From positions 2,528,001 through 2,592,000 of the forward strand of contig OZ242005.1 of NCBI GenBank assembly GCA_965204725.1: a stretch of DNA of 64,000 nt. The letters are read 5' to 3'. Under the pieces are notes generated by a model. The model was not told the DNA's origin, searched no databases, and saw nothing but the letters and a program-made list of their open reading frames with translations. Within the stretch, counting starts at the first letter, position 1. The number at the start of each line of letters is the position of its first letter. This document shows positions 59,654 to 64,000 of this stretch, in pieces. Position numbers and translations under genes: made by a program. The DNA comes from Candidatus Latescibacterota bacterium (GTDB lineage Bacteria > Latescibacterota > UBA2968 > UBA8231).

Positions 59654-59848
59654 GTGAACAAAGGATTTCGTAGGGAGCAAATCGAGCGCGTAGCGCGGAT
59701 GTATAAATGCAATCTGGACGCCAGTCGGGCACTGGGGATCACGATTCGCAGCTTTAGCCGGCTCTGTCGCAAATACGATATTGAATCGCCCTTTGCACGG
59801 CGGCAGCGCCAGCGCGGTCGGGCGGCCAAAAACACCAAACCCGAATAG
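59654..59848 (+). CDS. Small Fis-like HTH protein
   Basis: RBS AAGGAGG. DASRALGITIRSFSRLCRKYDI resembles an HTH. Confidence 0.7.
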   Translation: MNKGFRREQIERVARMYKCNLDASRALGITIRSFSRLCRKYDIESPFARRQRQRGRAAKNTKPE

Positions 59849-59858
59849 GAGGGCTATC

Positions 59859-60524
59859 ATGGGAGCAATAGAGCGGATCGCCGCCATCTGGAAGGCGAAC
59901 CTCAACGAGGTGCTGGACCGGATCGAGGATCCAGCGAAAATGGTGGATCAGATCGTCCGCGACGTAGAGCGCGCCGTTGACCAAGCCGTAGCCGCGCTGG
60001 TCAAGGCGCGCGCCACCAAGCGGCGTCTAGAGCGCGACCTCCAGCGCAACGCCGAGGATATGCAGATGTGGCAAGCAAAGGCCGCAGCCGCGGTGGAGGC
60101 CGGAAACGACGAAGGCGCCCGGCTCGCCTTGATCCAGAAGACCGAGCGGGAGCAAGCGCATGTCGGGCTGGAACCGGCTCTCGCAGATAGCTGCGATACC
60201 GTGGTCCAGCTAGAGGAGCAGGTCGAGGTCCTGCGTCAAAAGCTGCGCGATGTTCGGGCGCGGCGGGGCAAGCTGCTCGCCCGCTGTTCCGCCGAGCGCG
60301 ACCGCGGTGCAGCAGGCGGAGAAGACGCGACCGCGCTCCGCTTTGCCGCGATCGCGCAGCGGGTGCAGCAAAGCGAGTGCGAGCTGACGCGCTTTGAGGA
60401 ACAGGTAGATCGGGCCGTTGCTGAGGCCGAAGTGCTACGCGAATTGGCCGCTGAGTGCCGAGCCGAGCGCGACCGCAAGGTCGCAGAGGATCTGGCCGCG
60501 CTAAAAGCGGAAAAGGCATCGTAA
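59859..60524 (+). CDS. PspA/IM30 family protein
   Basis: RIAAIWKANLNEVLDRIEDPAKMVDQ, WQAKA..AV.AG.DEGAR.AL, coiled coil. Confidence 0.9.
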   Translation: MGAIERIAAIWKANLNEVLDRIEDPAKMVDQIVRDVERAVDQAVAALVKARATKRRLERDLQRNAEDMQMWQAKAAAAVEAGNDEGARLALIQKTEREQAHVGLEPALADSCDTVVQLEEQVEVLRQKLRDVRARRGKLLARCSAERDRGAAGGEDATALRFAAIAQRVQQSECELTRFEEQVDRAVAEAEVLRELAAECRAERDRKVAEDLAALKAEKAS

Positions 60525-60536
60525 AGGAGGTCTGTC

Positions 60537-60904
60537 ATGTTGGCCAGAATACTAGGTGCGATACTGCTAATTGGGGGCGTTATTTGGTCGATCAAGCTGA
60601 TCTGGCCGTGTTCGGCAACTTATTTGGCTTGCTCGGCGCGGTGGTGATCGGCCTCTTGGCTGCCGGGGCACTCTACGTGGGCCTGCGCTGGCTGCGCGGC
60701 GAGAGCATCTTGGGCCGGGTCGTCGGGGCCTTGGTTCTGCTCGCCGGTGTCGGGCTGGCCTTTAAGGCCGCGTGGAGCTTGGTGTCCGGCGTCCTTGGCT
60801 TCGCGTTTTTGCTGTTCCAAGTCGCTTTGGTGCTGGCGATGCTCTACGTGGGCTGGCGGTGGCTGGACAACGGCGAGTTTAGCCTGCGGCGCTGGAGGGT
60901 TTGA
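60537..60904 (+). pseudogene. Multi-pass membrane protein with an apparent frameshift near 60608 (or an assembly error)
   Basis: RBS AAGGAGG plus ATG at 60537 gives MLARILGAILLIGGVIWSIKLIW. The hydrophobic continuation VFGNLFGLLG... is in another frame. Confidence 0.65.
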
Positions 60905-60927
60905 GGGCCTAAAAGGGATTAAAGTGC

Positions 60928-60981
60928 TTGACAACTGCACTTGTGTTCAGTATATTGTTGGCTACTGAACACAAGTGCAGT
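60928..60981 (+). promoter_or_regulatory. Sigma-70 promoter overlapped by a perfect 19-bp inverted-repeat operator
   Basis: TTGACA(60928)-N17-TATATT. ACTGCACTTGTGTTCAGTA / TACTGAACACAAGTGCAGT. Confidence 0.8.
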
Positions 60982-61051
60982 AAGCCGTAAATAATTCCCC
61001 ACGTCCTCTCTGGCGCACCCCTGAGCGCCAGTACTCCCTTAGGAGGTTCCA

Positions 61052-61345
61052 ATGCACAGGCAGCGCGCATTCCCCACGTCCCCCTCGGTATCCCGTCTGG
61101 GCGGCGAGCTCAGCGCAGTCATCAATCGGGTGCGGAGTGCTTTCGGTCCCATTCCCATGCGCGGCTTAGCCGGCCGGCCCCAAGTTCAGCGGGCCGAGCA
61201 AGTCGTCGATCAAACCGCCCGTCAGCTCCTCCGCGGCCAAGCGGATTGGAGCGCGTGGTATCGGGTGCTGCGTCAGTACGAAGATGCTTGGATGCTAGAG
61301 TTGGAAAGGATGCGCAGCACCCGCGCCGAGCGCTGTGCGGCTTGA
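61052..61345 (+). CDS. Hypothetical protein
   Basis: RBS AGGAGG, downstream of the operator-overlapped promoter. Confidence 0.75.
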   Translation: MHRQRAFPTSPSVSRLGGELSAVINRVRSAFGPIPMRGLAGRPQVQRAEQVVDQTARQLLRGQADWSAWYRVLRQYEDAWMLELERMRSTRAERCAA

Positions 61346-61347
61346 GG

Positions 61348-61611
61348 CTAACCGAGGTGGATCTCATCCACTTTGCCGACGATGGCTGCATCCGTAGGCA
61401 GTGGAGGGGCAAAGGCATTGCAGGCTTCGCGGGCGACCTCGACGATCACGGCGTCGCCCTCGCGCAGGGCCGCCCAAGTCGCGCAGACCTCGGCCTCGCC
61501 TATTTGCTCTAGGTGCTCGTCAAGGTCTTGGGTCAGGTGCAATATCTGGCCGCGGAACGGCTCAATGCACTGCGAGAGCACTACCGTGCCCACCACCTTG
61601 GCCAACTTCAC
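61348..61611 (-). CDS. BMC pentamer shell protein (EutN/CcmL family)
   Basis: GTG at 61611. KLAKVVGTVV, GDAVIV, PTDAAIVGKVD. Confidence 0.85.
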   Translation of the reverse strand: MKLAKVVGTVVLSQCIEPFRGQILHLTQDLDEHLEQIGEAEVCATWAALREGDAVIVEVAREACNAFAPPLPTDAAIVGKVDEIHLG

Positions 61612-61868
61612 GCGGCCACCTCCTCGTCGATAATTCCCACGATCACACTCCTGCATGGGGGGTGCTTGGCCCCGGTCACCTCGGCCCCAGCAGCCCCAGA
61701 CTGAACGACCAACACTTTGCTGCCGATTCCCGCTTGGACTCCATCCACCGCCACCTGCAAAGCACCGCCTTCCTCGCCTTCGGGGCGCACCACCATGATC
61801 TTCTGCCCGGCGAGCAAGGGATGTTTGCTGCTGGCGACTACGTGGCCAACGACGCGGCAGACCCTCAT
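61608..61868 (-). CDS. BMC pentamer shell protein (EutN/CcmL family)
   Basis: RVVGHVVASSKH..L.G.KI, VAVDGVQAGIG, IVGIID. Confidence 0.9.
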   Translation of the reverse strand: MRVCRVVGHVVASSKHPLLAGQKIMVVRPEGEEGGALQVAVDGVQAGIGSKVLVVQSGAAGAEVTGAKHPPCRSVIVGIIDEEVAA

Positions 61869-62167
61869 GCGACTTGCTTTTCTAGGGCGCGTCCAAACGC
61901 CTGTAGCGAATCCACGATACCGATAATCAGCGCATCTACTGGCCTCTGATCCATGCCTGGGGCCTGCCGCGCCGAGCTGCCCTGCACGACGACCACCAGT
62001 TCGCCTTCGCCCGCTTGCACAGCGTCGATGCAGACGAGGTGTTTCTGGGTATGCTGCAAGCCCTCGGGCGTGGCGGCGAGGATTTCGACTATCAGTAGTT
62101 TCTCGCCCTCAAGGGCATCTACCTTGGCACTCGAAACCACGTGCCCTTTGACGAGGCCGAGTATCAC
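61865..62167 (-). CDS. BMC pentamer shell protein (EutN/CcmL family)
   Basis: VKGHVVSSAK...L.G.KLL, CIDAVQAGEGE.V, GSSAR, PVDALIIGIVD. Confidence 0.92.
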   Translation of the reverse strand: MILGLVKGHVVSSAKVDALEGEKLLIVEILAATPEGLQHTQKHLVCIDAVQAGEGELVVVVQGSSARQAPGMDQRPVDALIIGIVDSLQAFGRALEKQVA

Positions 62168-63459
62168 GGGCCGTCCTCAAAAAGTTGCAAGCGGGCGGCG
62201 TTGATTTCTTGTGCGCCGTACCCGTACAAGCCGGCGACCTTCTCCAATACTTGGTTCATGAGAATATCCGGGCAGGACGCGCCCGAGGTAATGACGAGCC
62301 GCACGGGCAGGGGGCGCGGCAGCCAGCCTTCGCTCTCGATTACTTTCTTCGCGTGGATGTCGAAATGGCGGATGCGCTGGGCCGATAGGATCTCGTCGCT
62401 GTTGGCAATGAGAAAGCTCGGCATGGATTGGAGGCATAGCTCGACTAAATGCGAGGTGTTCGAGCTATTGTAGCCGCCGACAATCAGCGCCAAATCGGCA
62501 CCCGAGCTTAACAGCGTGCGCGTGGCGTTCTGGTTTTGGTGGGTGGCGTAGCACAGGGTGTCGTTGGTGTCGGCGCAGTGGTAGTCGAGGTTTTCCGCGC
62601 CGTAGCGCTGGCGCATGGCACGGCGCAGAATGGCGGCCACTTCCTGTGTTTCCTCCGCGAGCATGGTCGTCTGGTTGACCACGGCCACCCGCTCTAAGTC
62701 CTTTTGTGGGTCGAAACCCTCTGAGCATTTGTCGGCAAAGGTGCGCTTGAAGTCGGCGAGCGACATCGCGCCCGTGATGTACGCGGCCACCTTTTCGGCT
62801 TCGGTCGCGTCGAACACCACGAGGGTCTTGGCGTGTGCCTCGGTGTGCGAATGAGTCGCTTGCGTCTCCGCGTGGTTGTACGTGCCGTGGATGATGATGG
62901 TATAGCCTTGGCGGCCTAGCTCCTCGCCGCGCTTCCACACCTTGGACACAAAGGGGCAGGTGGTATCGTAGTTTTCCCGGTACTCCTCGGACTCGGTGGC
63001 AATGCCGCTTTGACGGAGCGATTCCTCGACCTGCGTGGTGGTGCCAAAGGCCGGGATCAGGGCGATGTCTTCGCCGCTCAGTTCCTCCTCGGCGATCTGG
63101 CGGTCTCCCTTAGTGTCGTAGATGAAGCGGACGCCTTGCTTTTTGAGGTCGTTGTTGACTAGGGGGTTGTGGATGATCTCGCTGACGAGGTACGTGTTGC
63201 GACCCGGGTTTTCCTTTAAGGCCGAAAAGGCCATGTGAATGGCCCGCTCAACCCCGAAGCAAAAGCCAAAGTGCCGGGGGATTAAAACCTGTAGCTGGCC
63301 GATCGCTAGGAGCGTTGGGCACAGCGAACGCTTGCCGTTTTTCAGGCGGTAGTCCTTGACGCGCTGGATGATGGGGCCGGCGTAGTGATTGGGGACCCGG
63401 TCGAATTGCGAATACGCCATGCGAAGCTCCTCGTGGAATTCTATGTCTATGAAAGACAT
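62164..63459 (-). CDS. ispH: 4-hydroxy-3-methylbut-2-enyl diphosphate reductase
   Basis: FGFCFGVERA, EIIHNP, DTTCPFVSKV, NQTT, TLCYAT..NQ, GGYNSSNT, TSGASCP. Confidence 0.95.
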   Translation of the reverse strand: MSFIDIEFHEELRMAYSQFDRVPNHYAGPIIQRVKDYRLKNGKRSLCPTLLAIGQLQVLIPRHFGFCFGVERAIHMAFSALKENPGRNTYLVSEIIHNPLVNNDLKKQGVRFIYDTKGDRQIAEEELSGEDIALIPAFGTTTQVEESLRQSGIATESEEYRENYDTTCPFVSKVWKRGEELGRQGYTIIIHGTYNHAETQATHSHTEAHAKTLVVFDATEAEKVAAYITGAMSLADFKRTFADKCSEGFDPQKDLERVAVVNQTTMLAEETQEVAAILRRAMRQRYGAENLDYHCADTNDTLCYATHQNQNATRTLLSSGADLALIVGGYNSSNTSHLVELCLQSMPSFLIANSDEILSAQRIRHFDIHAKKVIESEGWLPRPLPVRLVITSGASCPDILMNQVLEKVAGLYGYGAQEINAARLQLFEDGP

Positions 63460-63558
63460 AGTACAGCATCCGATTAAACTGTCAATAGCGCGTCCTGCTT
63501 GGGGCCGGGCGATTGGTTATATTGCCCGATGCTGAATTCACCAAGGGAGTGTCAACCC

Positions 63559-64000
63559 ATGAAATTCGTCATTCGCGCCGGCGGGATCGGTACGCGGCTG
63601 TGGCCCTATAGCCGCGAGCGCAAGCCCAAACAGTTCCACAGCTTGGTCGGCGAGCAGACCATGCTCCAAGCCGCGGTCGCCCGCATCGGCGCGATTGCCG
63701 CGCCGACCGATGTGTATGTATCAACCGGCCGTCGGTTGCAGTCGCTGGTGCGCCAACAGGTGCCGACGCTGTCGCCCGAGCGGATCATCGTCGAGCCGGC
63801 CCTGCGCAACACCGGGCCGGCCATCGGCTTGGAGTGTGCGTTGTTGGAGGCGCACCATCCGGGCTGTACGGTCGCCAGCTTGGGATCGGATCACTACATA
63901 GGCCGGCCCGAGGAGTTCTGCCGCTTGTTGCAGGTCGCCGACCAAGCCCTAACCGACCGGCCCGACTACTTGTTCACGCTAGGGGTCCAGCCGACGCGCC
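63559..64000 (+). CDS. manC: Mannose-1-phosphate guanylyltransferase, 3'-partial
   Basis: ATG at 63559: MKFVIRAGGIGTRLWPYSRERKPKQF, EPALRNTGPAI, SDH, LGVQPT. Confidence 0.88.
   Translation, partial: MKFVIRAGGIGTRLWPYSRERKPKQFHSLVGEQTMLQAAVARIGAIAAPTDVYVSTGRRLQSLVRQQVPTLSPERIIVEPALRNTGPAIGLECALLEAHHPGCTVASLGSDHYIGRPEEFCRLLQVADQALTDRPDYLFTLGVQPTR

Overview
GC-rich bacterial chromosome segment. The gene mix (many ankyrin proteins, urea uptake and urease, BMC pentamer genes, Rpn/TA genes) suggests a host-associated, e.g. sponge-symbiont, FCB/Latescibacterota-like lineage; this is an inference only. Housekeeping and metabolic blocks: lptA-like/lptB/rpoN, a RidA-like/TPP-decarboxylase/LarA-like operon, ureD plus a sigma54-driven urtA-porin-urtBCDE-ureAB-ureC-ureF-ureG operon with plant/fungal-like urease sequences, purH(AICARFT)/dapA/dapB, glmU-like/ppk1, tRNA-Thr, acyl-ACP desaturase, a psp-like operon, three BMC-P genes behind ispH, and partial manC. 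Four accessory regions interrupt these. (1) A PHP+ATPase (Ppl/TrlF-like) gene coupled to a Schlafen/AlbA_2 gene after rpoN. (2) An ~8.4 kb island bounded by a ~110 bp duplication of the ureG 3' end, with a truncated Ser/Thr kinase, ankyrin lipoproteins, 9-bp-periodic TTGTG arrays, Rpn and TA remnants. (3) A tandem array of membrane-anchored ankyrin cassettes with constant caps, variable repeat number and junctions derived from the same kinase gene. (4) A Cas2/VapD-like, 2TM, Cas2/VapD-like triad just after the tRNA. CCWGG appears strongly depleted throughout. No CRISPR array, integrase or reverse transcriptase was seen.
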